Positions 31,917-41,630 of a DNA stretch of 64,000 nt are shown here, piece by piece (the first letter of the stretch is position 1; every line of letters begins with the position of its first letter). Origin of the DNA: an uncultured Alphaproteobacteria bacterium (GTDB taxonomy: Bacteria; Pseudomonadota; Alphaproteobacteria; CAAHEQ01; UBA3637); the NCBI GenBank assembly GCA_944391565.1, contig CALXUB010000019.1, forward strand, positions 6,919-70,918, read 5' to 3'. The notes beneath the pieces were generated by a model. That model did no database searches and was not told the DNA's origin. It worked only from the letters and a program-made list of their open reading frames with translations. The position numbers and the translations under genes are program-made.

Positions 31917-32981
31917 TTATTGTGCATTCGCATCGGCAGCTTTTTCATCCGCATCAGCCTGAGCCTTTGCCGTATCGGCGGCCACAGCCGGAATTTCGTC
32001 TTCAATGACTTCAGCTTCCTCAACCGTTTCAGCCGGAACGACCGGAGCATCGGCCGGACCCGTCAACGCTGGTTGTTTTTGACCAAAGGCATTCGGGAAA
32101 ATTTGCACATTAGCTTTTTGACGTTCTTGAGCAATAATTTGCGGCACAGCCAATTCGACAAAACGCGCTTTAATGGCTTCTTCCACTTCCGCGAAAGACG
32201 GTGCCGGCGCCATTCGTTTATCTTCCACCAAAATCACATGCCATCCGAAAGCCGTTTTAACGGGTTTCTGGGAGAACGCTCCTTTTTTCAAATCGAAAGC
32301 CGCGTTAGCGAATTCCGGGATCATTTCTCCTTTCGTAAAGTATCCCAAATCACCGCCGTTCAGCCGATTCGGATCTTTATCCAAAGAATGTTTGTCGGCT
32401 AATTCCTTGAAATCAACACCGGCTTTTAATTGAACAATGATGTCTTTGGCTTCTTTTTCCGAGTTAACCAAAATATGCCGTGCGTGAACTTGTTCCTGCG
32501 GCTGATAGTTTTTCAGCTCTTCCTGATACAAAGCCTGCAGTTGATCCGGTGTCATGCGTTCCTGCAGTTTTTCAGACAAATAAGCTTGGAACAAAATCTG
32601 GTCTTCAGCATCTTTCAACAGCTTTTTGACTTCCGGTTTGTTTTGCAATCCTTCATTTTTGGCTTCATCCAAAATAATTTTGTTGTTGATGTAAGCCTCC
32701 AACAGTTGATTGTAAACGACCTCCATGGGGATGTCTTTAAGCTGCGGAATAGAGGCTTTGACTTTTTCAAGCTCAGACAATTTAACGTTATCGCCCCCCA
32801 CTTTGGCAACGATGACCCCTTGGTCAACGACAGGCAAAGTAAACGGCTGACCGCCATCCTGGCAGCAATACATGGAGACACCGGCGATCAAAGCTGCCGC
32901 CGCAACCAGCGTTCCGACGATGTAAACCGGCCGTTTATAGACGGGTCGGACGGCCGTTTCTTTTTTTGTTTCTTTTTTCAT
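31917..32981 (-). CDS. parvulin-type peptidyl-prolyl isomerase (SurA/PpiD-like) with Ala/Asp-rich C-terminal tail
   Basis: 354 aa with an N-terminal membrane anchor, a rotamase motif (FGWHVILVEDKR), and an acidic Ala-rich tail. Confidence 0.7.
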   Translation of the reverse strand: MKKETKKETAVRPVYKRPVYIVGTLVAAAALIAGVSMYCCQDGGQPFTLPVVDQGVIVAKVGGDNVKLSELEKVKASIPQLKDIPMEVVYNQLLEAYINNKIILDEAKNEGLQNKPEVKKLLKDAEDQILFQAYLSEKLQERMTPDQLQALYQEELKNYQPQEQVHARHILVNSEKEAKDIIVQLKAGVDFKELADKHSLDKDPNRLNGGDLGYFTKGEMIPEFANAAFDLKKGAFSQKPVKTAFGWHVILVEDKRMAPAPSFAEVEEAIKARFVELAVPQIIAQERQKANVQIFPNAFGQKQPALTGPADAPVVPAETVEEAEVIEDEIPAVAADTAKAQADADEKAADANAQ

Positions 32982-33011
32982 TTCTTTTTCCCTTTCCTAT
33001 TTTAATACGAC

Positions 33012-33437
33012 TCAGATGTGCCTATTATCTATTACTTTCAAACGAGAGACAAGCACTTTTATAATTCCTTTTGCAATGCTGGGGTGAAGTGTCATGATTT
33101 CATACAGATTTTCCGAAGAAATCCGAAGCGCAATGGTTTCTTCTTCGGCTACGACACTGACATCAACCGAAGCCGGATCCAAGGCCGTCAACTCACCGAA
33201 GACCTGATGCGTCTCTGCCTCGCTCAGAACCGTTTCCCCGTCTTTGACCGCAACCCGACCATACAGCAAAATATAAAGGTAGTGATTACGGCTGCCTTTT
33301 GCAACAATTTCATGTCCGGCGGGATATGCGACCTCTTCGGAAGCATAAATCAAATCACTCAATGCCGACTCGGACGCTTCGGCAAAAGCGGCAATATTTT
33401 TTAAAACCAGCACTTTTTCCAATGTTAAACGCATCAT
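33012..33437 (-). CDS. stand-alone cyclic-nucleotide-binding domain protein
   Basis: 141 aa with cNMP-binding signatures (FGELTAL…). Confidence 0.55.
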   Translation of the reverse strand: MMRLTLEKVLVLKNIAAFAEASESALSDLIYASEEVAYPAGHEIVAKGSRNHYLYILLYGRVAVKDGETVLSEAETHQVFGELTALDPASVDVSVVAEEETIALRISSENLYEIMTLHPSIAKGIIKVLVSRLKVIDNRHI

Positions 33438-33443
33438 CTTCTC

Positions 33444-36239
33444 CTATTCTTCCAAAACAGCTTGAACCGTCAAGCGCACGGCCGAAACCGGATCGTCTTT
33501 CAACGGCATCAGCAGACGAAGCAGCTCTTGCTCCTCGGGCACCAGCCGACCCAAGGCCCATACGGCGCCCTCTCGAATCAAGGGATGCGTATCCGTCAGC
33601 ATCTCCGTCACAGTCGAAGTTAAAGACACTGCCCCTATTTTTCGAATGGCCAACAAAGCGCATGCCTTTGTCCAAGGCAATCGGTATGACTTGTTTTTCA
33701 AAAGGATGGCCAACGCCTCATTCATGGATAATTCATCTTTTTGAGACGTCGGATAAAACGCCTTTTCATCCGCAGCTGTTTCTTGTGCCGTTTTTAAAAT
33801 CACTTTCAACCGACGTTGTTTGCGAGGCAGCTGATCTTCAATCAATTCCAAAGCCATGCGGCGCTGTTCCGCCGAAGAAGTCCGACTCAGCAGACAGTCA
33901 ACGGCTTTGCGAAACAAGGCGGCCGGATACAGCAACGCCAACTCCATTAAAAGACTGTGGCGCACTTTTTGAAGTTCCCGATCCAAGGCTTTTTGCAAAA
34001 GCTCGAAAGCTTCCTGCGCTTCATGCACCGGCGCGATTTTTAAAGCTTTTTTCAAAGATTTCAAAATCAATCCTTGCCCTTCGTCCGCTTGGATCAACGG
34101 CAGCAGCATCTTACGGCGGCGGCGAGTGCCGGTTTGAAAAGAGCTCTCTTTCAAATGGCGCAAAATGTCAAAACGCAAAGCAAAAGGCGTGCGTTTTAAG
34201 GCTTTGAACAAAATTTTTTGTGCCTCGGTATCTTCATTGATCCACAGGAAAGAAACCAGCGTTTTTTTACACATCCAGGTCCGTTCGGGGCTGAGCAGAG
34301 CCTCGCTGATGGCGGGATAAGCTTTCGGTCCGAACTCTTTAATGGCCTGCAGCGCCTTGTCACGCAGCTCCAACGAATTCAGCGAACGAAACAAAATCGG
34401 CAAAAAAGACGGATGTTTCATGCGGCCGGCAGCTAAAACCGCTTTTTCCCGCACATGCAGATCTTCATCGTTCATCAATTTCAACACAAGTCTGAAAAAC
34501 CCTTTAATCCCGGTTTCTTCCAAAATCTCGGCGGCTTCCAGTCGATGTTTCGCACTTTTGGATGCTGCCAGCCGGTTCACGCCTTCCGAGGCAATTAAAA
34601 TTCCCTCGCCCCCGCTTTTCAACAACCCGATCAAAGCTCCTTGACGCAAATCAGGATGATCCAGATATAATACGGCTTTTTCCTCGGCATATTTTTCACC
34701 GATGGTGCATAAAACGCGAAGAACAGCACTGCGCACGGCCGGTGATTCATCATGTGTCAGCAAATCAGCCAACACTTTTTTGAACATACGATAGCGACCC
34801 TTTTCCACTCGTGTCAAAGCAAAACAACGCACGCGTTCATCCGGATGTTTCAACGCGCGACGCAGATAAGATTTATAACAATCCGCTTGCGCCTCTTCCA
34901 AAACACGCAGAAAATAAATTGCCTCGTCAGGGTCATAGCTTAACGCTTTTTGTGTCACATAAGACAACACCTTGCGATTGGTGATAATCAACCGACCGCC
35001 GCGCCAGCGAAAACTTTTAAAAGCGGACAATAAAACCTTGGCATATTCAGCCTGCGTACCGATGATAACACCGCTCAGCAATATTGCCGTGCCAAGGGCC
35101 GCCGGCCACACAAAATCCGAAAAAGGGAAGAAATAAAAACCCAATGCGGCAGCCATAAAACCAAGCGGGCGAAATAAAACAAAACGCATGGCTTTCAATC
35201 GATATGACTTACCGTGCGACAACGGACGAGGCAGCATTCTGAAATAATATGCGACACAACAATAGGCCAGAACGACAAATAAAATATCCGCTAAAAAAAC
35301 AATAGCTGTTTGACCGGACGACAATCCGACCGCCGCCAACAACGGCAGCAACGCAATGATCAATAATCCGTGTATCAAATGAAAACGATGTCGCAGCCGA
35401 TACAAAATCAAAGTGCCCGCAAATGCCGTCGAACCGGCAAAAGCCGTTATCTGTCCCATCAGGGTCATGGCGGCCGTTTTGTTTTCACCGACCGTTTCCA
35501 GCACCGCCAACAGGTAAATATAGTCAACTTGACACAAAGCAAACGCAATTAAAAAAGCGGCACTGTAAATCAAATAAACCAGTTTCATCTGAGACGGTTC
35601 CTGAACTCCGCCGTTGCGCGTCGGCCGAACTTCCGGTGTCTCTTTCTGAAAAGACAGGATCCAACCGGACAACAAAAACATGCCGAAAACCGTCATGATT
35701 AAAATCAGCCAAAATAAATCAAAGCCACCGATGAAAGCAATCGAACCGGCCGAAAAACCTCCGAAAATTCGACCGATTAAGTCCAATAAAACAATCCCTA
35801 AAAAACGTTTAGAATCCAGTGTTAAAGTCATAAAACGAGATGCCAAAGCCCAAAAACCGCCCAACAACAGCACCTGCAGCGCAAATTTCAGACCGAAAAA
35901 CACATCAATCGGCCAAGCCATCCCCTGATAAAAACCAGCCAACAACCCGGCCAGCCCCAAAAATAATCCGCCTAAAAACCACGGATAACCTTCACCGAAT
36001 CGATGCTCGGTTTTCAACAACAGCAAACCGGCCGGCATCAATAAAAAGCCGCCCCAAACAAACTCAAAGGCCAGATCAATGCGGCCATATGTGCCTAAAT
36101 AAAGCCCAGAAGCCAGCACATCCGCCCATGTCCCCGCCATGCCCTGTAAAAAAGCCAAAACGCCCAAAAGCGTCAGCAACAACAGTTCCTCGGATGAAAA
36201 AGTCAATATTTTCTCAAGCGTTCGACGAATCCGTCCCAT
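33444..36239 (-). CDS. fusion protein: N-terminal polytopic transporter-like domain (TLC/MFS-like) + C-terminal HEAT/PBS-lyase repeat domain
   Basis: Track ORF 33444..36281, with an uncertain start that overlaps ftsY. About 440 aa carry ~11 transmembrane helices, followed by ~480 aa of HEAT-like repeats (…ERVRCFALTRV…, …SPAVRSAVLRVL…). Confidence 0.55.
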   Translation of the reverse strand: MGRIRRTLEKILTFSSEELLLLTLLGVLAFLQGMAGTWADVLASGLYLGTYGRIDLAFEFVWGGFLLMPAGLLLLKTEHRFGEGYPWFLGGLFLGLAGLLAGFYQGMAWPIDVFFGLKFALQVLLLGGFWALASRFMTLTLDSKRFLGIVLLDLIGRIFGGFSAGSIAFIGGFDLFWLILIMTVFGMFLLSGWILSFQKETPEVRPTRNGGVQEPSQMKLVYLIYSAAFLIAFALCQVDYIYLLAVLETVGENKTAAMTLMGQITAFAGSTAFAGTLILYRLRHRFHLIHGLLIIALLPLLAAVGLSSGQTAIVFLADILFVVLAYCCVAYYFRMLPRPLSHGKSYRLKAMRFVLFRPLGFMAAALGFYFFPFSDFVWPAALGTAILLSGVIIGTQAEYAKVLLSAFKSFRWRGGRLIITNRKVLSYVTQKALSYDPDEAIYFLRVLEEAQADCYKSYLRRALKHPDERVRCFALTRVEKGRYRMFKKVLADLLTHDESPAVRSAVLRVLCTIGEKYAEEKAVLYLDHPDLRQGALIGLLKSGGEGILIASEGVNRLAASKSAKHRLEAAEILEETGIKGFFRLVLKLMNDEDLHVREKAVLAAGRMKHPSFLPILFRSLNSLELRDKALQAIKEFGPKAYPAISEALLSPERTWMCKKTLVSFLWINEDTEAQKILFKALKRTPFALRFDILRHLKESSFQTGTRRRRKMLLPLIQADEGQGLILKSLKKALKIAPVHEAQEAFELLQKALDRELQKVRHSLLMELALLYPAALFRKAVDCLLSRTSSAEQRRMALELIEDQLPRKQRRLKVILKTAQETAADEKAFYPTSQKDELSMNEALAILLKNKSYRLPWTKACALLAIRKIGAVSLTSTVTEMLTDTHPLIREGAVWALGRLVPEEQELLRLLMPLKDDPVSAVRLTVQAVLEE

Positions 36240-37128
36240 GACTTCCTCCCAACAAACCGTCCGCAAAAGCGGCCGCATCAAACGGCTGCAAATCCTCGGC
36301 CGTTTCCCCGACTCCGATATAATAAACCGGTAAATGATATGTCTGTGTCAAAGCAGCCAAAATACCGCCTTTCGCCGTTCCGTCCAACTTTGTAATCAAC
36401 AAGCCCGTCACATCCGCCATTTCCTTGAACGCCGCAACCTGAGACAAAGCATTTTGTCCCACCGTGGCATCCAACGTTAACAAAACCGCATGCGGCGCGG
36501 CGGGATTGATTTTGCGTATCACGCGGATGATTTTCTGTACTTCCTGCATCAGTTGTGCTTTATTTTGAAGCCGGCCCGCCGTATCCAAAAACAAAACATC
36601 ATCTTTGTTTTTAATGGCCGCCTGATAAGCATCATAAGCGCTGCCCGCCGGATCGGCCCCCATCTCTTTGGCATAGAAATGAGCTCCCGTTCGGTCAGCC
36701 CACACTTTCAGTTGTTCAATCGCCGCCATGCGAAATGTATCTACAGCGCCGAAGCCGACTTGAAGCCCCTGCGCTTTCATTTTCTGAGCCATTTTAGCAA
36801 TCGTTGTTGTTTTGCCGGCCCCATTGACACCCACCATTAAAATCACAAAAGGCTGAGCCGAACGCACATCCAAAACACCTTCAGCCGGCTGAAGCAAAGC
36901 CGTCAACCGTTCTTTTAAAAAAGCTTTGGCTTCTTCAGGGGATTGAGGCTTCGCGGCTGCCAGTTCCCGTATCAAAACCTGCGCTGTTGAAACCCCCATG
37001 TCGGACATAATCAAGGCATCTTCGATTTCCTCCAACGCAGCGGCATCCAATTTCGTAAATCGAAAAGCCGTTTCCAACCGATCCGATGTTTTTTTTAATC
37101 CTTCTTTAAGTCTCTGCCACCAACTCAT
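36214..37128 (-). CDS. ftsY: signal recognition particle receptor FtsY (short form)
   Basis: 304 aa. NG domain with GVNGAGKTTTIAK and the DTAGR motif. Confidence 0.85.
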   Translation of the reverse strand: MSWWQRLKEGLKKTSDRLETAFRFTKLDAAALEEIEDALIMSDMGVSTAQVLIRELAAAKPQSPEEAKAFLKERLTALLQPAEGVLDVRSAQPFVILMVGVNGAGKTTTIAKMAQKMKAQGLQVGFGAVDTFRMAAIEQLKVWADRTGAHFYAKEMGADPAGSAYDAYQAAIKNKDDVLFLDTAGRLQNKAQLMQEVQKIIRVIRKINPAAPHAVLLTLDATVGQNALSQVAAFKEMADVTGLLITKLDGTAKGGILAALTQTYHLPVYYIGVGETAEDLQPFDAAAFADGLLGGSHGTDSSNA

Positions 37129-38305
37129 CGCCTTCTGTTCCTTTATTGCGCACGCGCACGATTGTTCCCGGCGCGGCGGTAGTTGTCAATTTTGTTTTAA
37201 TGTAATGGGTATTAAAACCCTGTCCGTCTTCTTCGATTAAAACCGTATCCGTTTGTCCGACCTGTTCTTTCAGATAGGTCGCAAGTCGAGCTTTGCCAAG
37301 AGCCCTGAGCTGTTCGGCGCGTTTTTTTCTGTCCGCGACAGGAACCATCGGCATTTTGGCGGACGGTGTGCCGGGACGCACCGAAAACGGAAATACGTGT
37401 AAAAGCGTCAATTCCGCTTCACGCACCAAAGCCATTGTTTGTTCAAATTGCTCGGGTGTTTCCGTCGGGAAGCCCGCGATTAAGTCAGCCCCGAAAACCA
37501 TATCCGGTCGAACGGTGCGCAGCTTTTGAACCAAAGCCAACACATCTTCCCGCGTATGTCGCCGTCCCATGCGTTTAAGAATCAGGTTGTCTCCCGCCTG
37601 CACCGACAAATGCATATGCCCCAACAGCGCGGGATAGCGGCCGAACAAATCAATTAAATGATCATCCACCCCTTTGGGATCCAAAGACCCCAGCCTCAGC
37701 CGTCTAATATCGGGTAGTTCCGTTAAAATACATTCAATAAGTGCCGAAAAACCATCAGGATAACTGGTGACGTCAATCCCCGTGACGACAAACTCTTGAT
37801 ATCCTTTTGTCATCAGCGTGCGCATCTGACACAACACTTGTTCCACAGGCACGCCCTTGTTATGCCCCCGAACGGCATGCACAACACAAAATGTACACGC
37901 ATGGTCGCAGCCTTGCTGCACTTGAATAAATGCACGCGTCCGCCCGTCAAAATCCGTGACCACGGGAATGGAAAAAGGTGTGTGCTCGATATCCCCGACC
38001 ATCATCGGATCAGCCGCCAGCAATGAAGCTTTATCCAATTTTTCACGATTGCCCAAAACCCGGTCTACCTCCGGCATGGCGGCGTACACCTCAGGATGCA
38101 GCTGAGCCGCACAACCGGTGACAATAATCCGATGAGACGGATTTTCTTTTTTCAAACGACGGATGGTTTGTCGGCATTGACGTTCAGCTTCGGCCGTCAC
38201 GGCACAGGTATTCACAATGATCAACCCGGGCATTTCTCCCAGTGTTTGCTGAATCAAAGCCGATTCGTATGTATTGATCCGACATCCAAAAGTGACAATT
38301 TTCAT
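37106..38305 (-). CDS. MiaB-like radical-SAM tRNA methylthiotransferase (MtaB/RimO-like)
   Basis: 399 aa. N-terminal MTTase domain (MKIVTFGCRINTYES), a radical SAM motif CDHACTFC, and a TRAM-like C-terminus. Confidence 0.7.
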   Translation of the reverse strand: MKIVTFGCRINTYESALIQQTLGEMPGLIIVNTCAVTAEAERQCRQTIRRLKKENPSHRIIVTGCAAQLHPEVYAAMPEVDRVLGNREKLDKASLLAADPMMVGDIEHTPFSIPVVTDFDGRTRAFIQVQQGCDHACTFCVVHAVRGHNKGVPVEQVLCQMRTLMTKGYQEFVVTGIDVTSYPDGFSALIECILTELPDIRRLRLGSLDPKGVDDHLIDLFGRYPALLGHMHLSVQAGDNLILKRMGRRHTREDVLALVQKLRTVRPDMVFGADLIAGFPTETPEQFEQTMALVREAELTLLHVFPFSVRPGTPSAKMPMVPVADRKKRAEQLRALGKARLATYLKEQVGQTDTVLIEEDGQGFNTHYIKTKLTTTAAPGTIVRVRNKGTEGDELVAET

Positions 38306-38393
38306 ATCTTTTATTTACATTTTTTTTTATCTCTTGTCTAGCTTTTAATCAAAAAGCCGATATAATAAAGAAAAATAAAAAAAAGAGGAAGAA

Positions 38394-39506
38394 ATGGATA
38401 GGACACTACATCCCTTACAGGCAATCGGTTTGCGCAGCGATACGGCGGCGACAGGCGTTGAAGCCGCTTTGATTAAAACGGACGGCATTGATCTTTTTGA
38501 AACGGGACCGTTTGTTTCACGACCTTACAGTGCTGAATTGAAAGCCGAAATTCAAAGCGTCCTGGGCGAAAAAGGCCAGCTGGATGTCCTGCATTTGCAA
38601 GAAGTTGATGCGCATGTCACTCAGCATCATATTGAAGCGGTGGAAGCATTGCTGGCGCTGGCGGATAAAAATCCCATGAACATTGACGTCATCGGTTTTC
38701 CGGGACATACCGTCTTGCACAGGCCGTCTCAAAAACTCAGCCGGCAAATCGGCAATGCCGAAACCATGCTGCATCGATTCGGCATTCCGGTCGTCACGCG
38801 TTTTTCCGGCGGTGATCTAGCAGCCGGTGGACAAGGTTCGCCTCTTTTTCCGTCTTTTTATGAAGCGATGACACACGATATGGAAAAACCTTTGGCTGTT
38901 TTAACCATCGGCGGTTTATCTTCCTTAACGGCTGTGGGCGTCAACGGCGAACTGATCGCTTTTGATGTCGGCCCCGGCAATATTTTAATCGATACCTGGA
39001 TGCAGGAACGGATGGGAGCGGAAATGGATTTTGACGGCTTATGGGCGGCCAAAGGAACCGTAGACGAACGATTGTTAAAAAAATTAATGGCGCATCCCTT
39101 TTTGGCAAAGAAACCGCCTAAATCGATGGATCGGGACGAGTTTAATAACTTAATGGCCGACGTGGAAGGTTCAACCATTGCCGACGGCGCTGCGACGTTA
39201 ACCGCGTTTACGGCCGAAGCTTTGCGAGCGGCTGCGGAACAGCTGCCTTTTTCTCCCGAACTTTTTATTGTGACGGGCGGCGGCGCACAAAACCCCTCCA
39301 TTATGAAAAATCTGAAGCAGCGATTGACCGGCCGCCTTTTGACGGCGCAGGAAGCCGGATGGAATGCCGAAGCTTTGGAAGCGCAGGGATTTGCTTTTTT
39401 AGCTGCTCGTTCTTATTTTGAACTGCCGATTTCGTTTCCTTCAACAACGGGTGTGCCCGAGTCTGCCCCCGGCGGAACACTGCTTTTGCCGGATACTGCC
39501 CGTTGA
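38394..39506 (+). CDS. anmK: anhydro-N-acetylmuramic acid kinase
   Basis: 370 aa, the typical AnmK length. The C-terminal VTGGGAQNPSIM motif matches the AnmK signature. Confidence 0.7.
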   Translation: MDRTLHPLQAIGLRSDTAATGVEAALIKTDGIDLFETGPFVSRPYSAELKAEIQSVLGEKGQLDVLHLQEVDAHVTQHHIEAVEALLALADKNPMNIDVIGFPGHTVLHRPSQKLSRQIGNAETMLHRFGIPVVTRFSGGDLAAGGQGSPLFPSFYEAMTHDMEKPLAVLTIGGLSSLTAVGVNGELIAFDVGPGNILIDTWMQERMGAEMDFDGLWAAKGTVDERLLKKLMAHPFLAKKPPKSMDRDEFNNLMADVEGSTIADGAATLTAFTAEALRAAAEQLPFSPELFIVTGGGAQNPSIMKNLKQRLTGRLLTAQEAGWNAEALEAQGFAFLAARSYFELPISFPSTTGVPESAPGGTLLLPDTAR

Positions 39507-39689
39507 AATCATCAAAACAAAAATTTTTTTATCTTAAAAAAAACTGACTTTTCCTGACATTTCAAAGGCTAAAACATGAAATAGATTTCCTATGAAATAT
39601 TTTTATTACAAAAAACTTGTATTATTAGTTCAATTTTGGTAATAATGAAATAACAAAAGCTCAATTTGGAGTCTTTTGACATGAACATT

Positions 39690-39865
39690 GCTTCATGGGG
39701 GAATTGCTATTTCCTGATAGACCAGTCAAAGAGTAAAGACTGTCAAAAATAACTCCTCGCCCGTTTGGGAAGGAGTTGAAGTGAATATTCAATAGCTTCA
39801 GCCTAAGTCTATCAGGATAGCAGCTCCTTCCCGCCTTGACGGATCAAGGCGGGTTTGAACGGGAG
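39690..39865. other. highly structured non-coding element of nested inverted repeats, upstream of the XRE-like gene
   Basis: Outer inverted repeat: ggaattgctatttcctgatagac (39701-39723) pairs with gtctatcaggatagcagctcc (39807-39827). Inner hairpins: cagtc…gactg, aactcct…aggagtt, and ccgccttga-cgga-tcaaggcgg (39831-39852). Confidence 0.3.
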
Positions 39866-39870
39866 GACGC

Positions 39871-40188
39871 ATGTCTATAGATGAAAACTGGTATACTTAT
39901 CCGTTTTTTCAAACAACCTATCAGGAAGCGATGCGAACCATTCGCCAAGAAATCTCCGTGCAACTTCGCCGACTGAAAGAAAACGGAAAATGGACCGATG
40001 CCGATATTTCGGTCGAAACCGGACTTACTTTGGATCATTTATATATTCTGGAAAACGGATATTATTCCGATATCCCGTTAGATTTACTGATACCTCTGGC
40101 ACAGTTTTACGATAAAACAGTGCATGTTGTTCTAACAGATCCATCAGTGGACACTTTGCAAAAAATTACTTTGCTTGAAGAACTTTAA
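39871..40188 (+). CDS. XRE-family helix-turn-helix protein (105 aa)
   Basis: HTH-like segment ISVQLRRLKENGKWTDADISVETGLTLDHLYILENG. Confidence 0.5.
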   Translation: MSIDENWYTYPFFQTTYQEAMRTIRQEISVQLRRLKENGKWTDADISVETGLTLDHLYILENGYYSDIPLDLLIPLAQFYDKTVHVVLTDPSVDTLQKITLLEEL

Positions 40189-40546
40189 GCCACATTTCCA
40201 AAACAACGGCACTGTTCTGCCAAATCATCAAGACGGACAAAACCGCGTTCGCCGTCCACACAATGACAGCCACACGTGCCGCAAAAGCCCAAAATGTTCG
40301 ACCACGGGATTCAGAACGAGCAGAAGCCCGATAAACACCGACCGCCTGCCAAACCGACACAAAAATATGGAACAGCTGATAATTCAATAAAACACGAAGA
40401 AAAAGATTGCCCTCACCGGCCTGAAGCAGCCCGATAAAAAGAAAGGAAAACGGTAAAGACAATATAAAATTCACCAATACCGTATTCACCCAAAAACTGA
40501 CCGCCAATGAATACTGCCCCTGCCAATGCTTCAAAAGCCAGTTCAT
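40166..40546 (-). CDS. small integral membrane protein (126 aa, 4 predicted transmembrane segments)
   Basis: Hydrophobic segments are evident. Last gene of the traG-orf204-orf154-orf126 co-directional string. Its start overlaps the stop of 40543..41007. Confidence 0.45.
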   Translation of the reverse strand: MNWLLKHWQGQYSLAVSFWVNTVLVNFILSLPFSFLFIGLLQAGEGNLFLRVLLNYQLFHIFVSVWQAVGVYRASARSESRGRTFWAFAARVAVIVWTANAVLSVLMIWQNSAVVLEMWLKVLQAK

Positions 40547-41007
40547 CGCAGCTCCTTGACACTATCGGACTTCACCAAATCTTCGGTGAATAAATACAAA
40601 ACATCAAAAAAACGCGGCAGCGCCAAATCCGCCATTAAATCCATCCGATCCATCAATTGATAATTTTTTTCCCGTGCGTTATAGACAATATAATCTTCGT
40701 CTTTTTCACCCACCAGCAACAATCCTTGAGACCGCTGCCGCTCGGCAAAATCGGTATTGACCTCCAACAAAGAAGGAAATGCATAATTCTGCTCAGTTCG
40801 CTCATGAGACGCAACACCGTAAAAACGAAGCCCGTTCCAAATCAAACCGTCCGTCAAAGCCAAAAAAGTCATGTAATCCGATGGCAGCGGCGGCAGTTTG
40901 TTGCGCGCAAGCGTCATCCGAAGCAAACGGATCTCTTCTTCTTTGGCCGGTGGAAAAACCTGTGCCCGCGCCCGATACATCTTATCCAACAGCTTTTCCA
41001 ACAGCAT
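40543..41007 (-). CDS. SUKH (SMI1/KNR4)-like putative immunity protein (154 aa)
   Basis: The motif LPPLPSDYMTFLALTDGLIWNGLRFYGV matches the SUKH-1 LP.dY..FL…nG…g pattern. The size is typical for the family, and the gene lies directly downstream of a candidate toxin gene. Confidence 0.45.
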   Translation of the reverse strand: MLLEKLLDKMYRARAQVFPPAKEEEIRLLRMTLARNKLPPLPSDYMTFLALTDGLIWNGLRFYGVASHERTEQNYAFPSLLEVNTDFAERQRSQGLLLVGEKDEDYIVYNAREKNYQLMDRMDLMADLALPRFFDVLYLFTEDLVKSDSVKELR

Positions 41008-41009
41008 TT

Positions 41010-41624
41010 TTATCTCCCCGGCATGCTTTTTTGAGCCAAGCTTTTAAATGCGCTTTCGCTATACCCCGCAAACACGCTTCGATCATGTTTGCCTTTACCG
41101 CCCGACCCTGTATACATTGTCAAAGGAATGTAAACCTTGCCCGTCGGAACCGGAATATACAGCTTGCGCGGACGAACATTCGGCGCCATGCCTTCCATCT
41201 GCATATCCATAAAACGATGAATATCTTCATGATAAGGGATATTCTGAATTAAGCACAGATTCGAAAAGTCGACTTCCCCCGTGTAGTCAAACGGGATTTT
41301 AACATGAACATTAAAGTTTTCGGGAATGATGCCTTTTTTAAAATAAAAAATACTGTCTTCATCCAATCCCGCATTGCGCAGATCATTCACATAGTTATAA
41401 GAAACATAGCGTAAAAAATCGCGTTTCACCCGGGCATATTGTTTTTTTCGGTTGATTTTTTCCAACAGTGTCAACGGATAGACCGTTGCTTCGACCAAAT
41501 CCATGCCCGGAAAGTTCATTTTTTGAAACTTGGCTTCCCAATAGGCCAAATCAAACAGCATGTCATCCGTCACTTGGGTGACAATCTTTTTGTGTTGGGC
41601 AGGAAAAAGAACTTCGGCGGGCAT
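41010..41624 (-). CDS. hypothetical protein (204 aa), candidate effector/toxin paired with downstream SUKH-like gene
   Basis: No signal peptide. Lies 6 nt downstream of the T4 coupling protein gene and 2 nt upstream of the SUKH-like gene. I recognised no catalytic family. Confidence 0.4.
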   Translation of the reverse strand: MPAEVLFPAQHKKIVTQVTDDMLFDLAYWEAKFQKMNFPGMDLVEATVYPLTLLEKINRKKQYARVKRDFLRYVSYNYVNDLRNAGLDEDSIFYFKKGIIPENFNVHVKIPFDYTGEVDFSNLCLIQNIPYHEDIHRFMDMQMEGMAPNVRPRKLYIPVPTGKVYIPLTMYTGSGGKGKHDRSVFAGYSESAFKSLAQKSMPGR

Positions 41625-41630
41625 AAAAGA

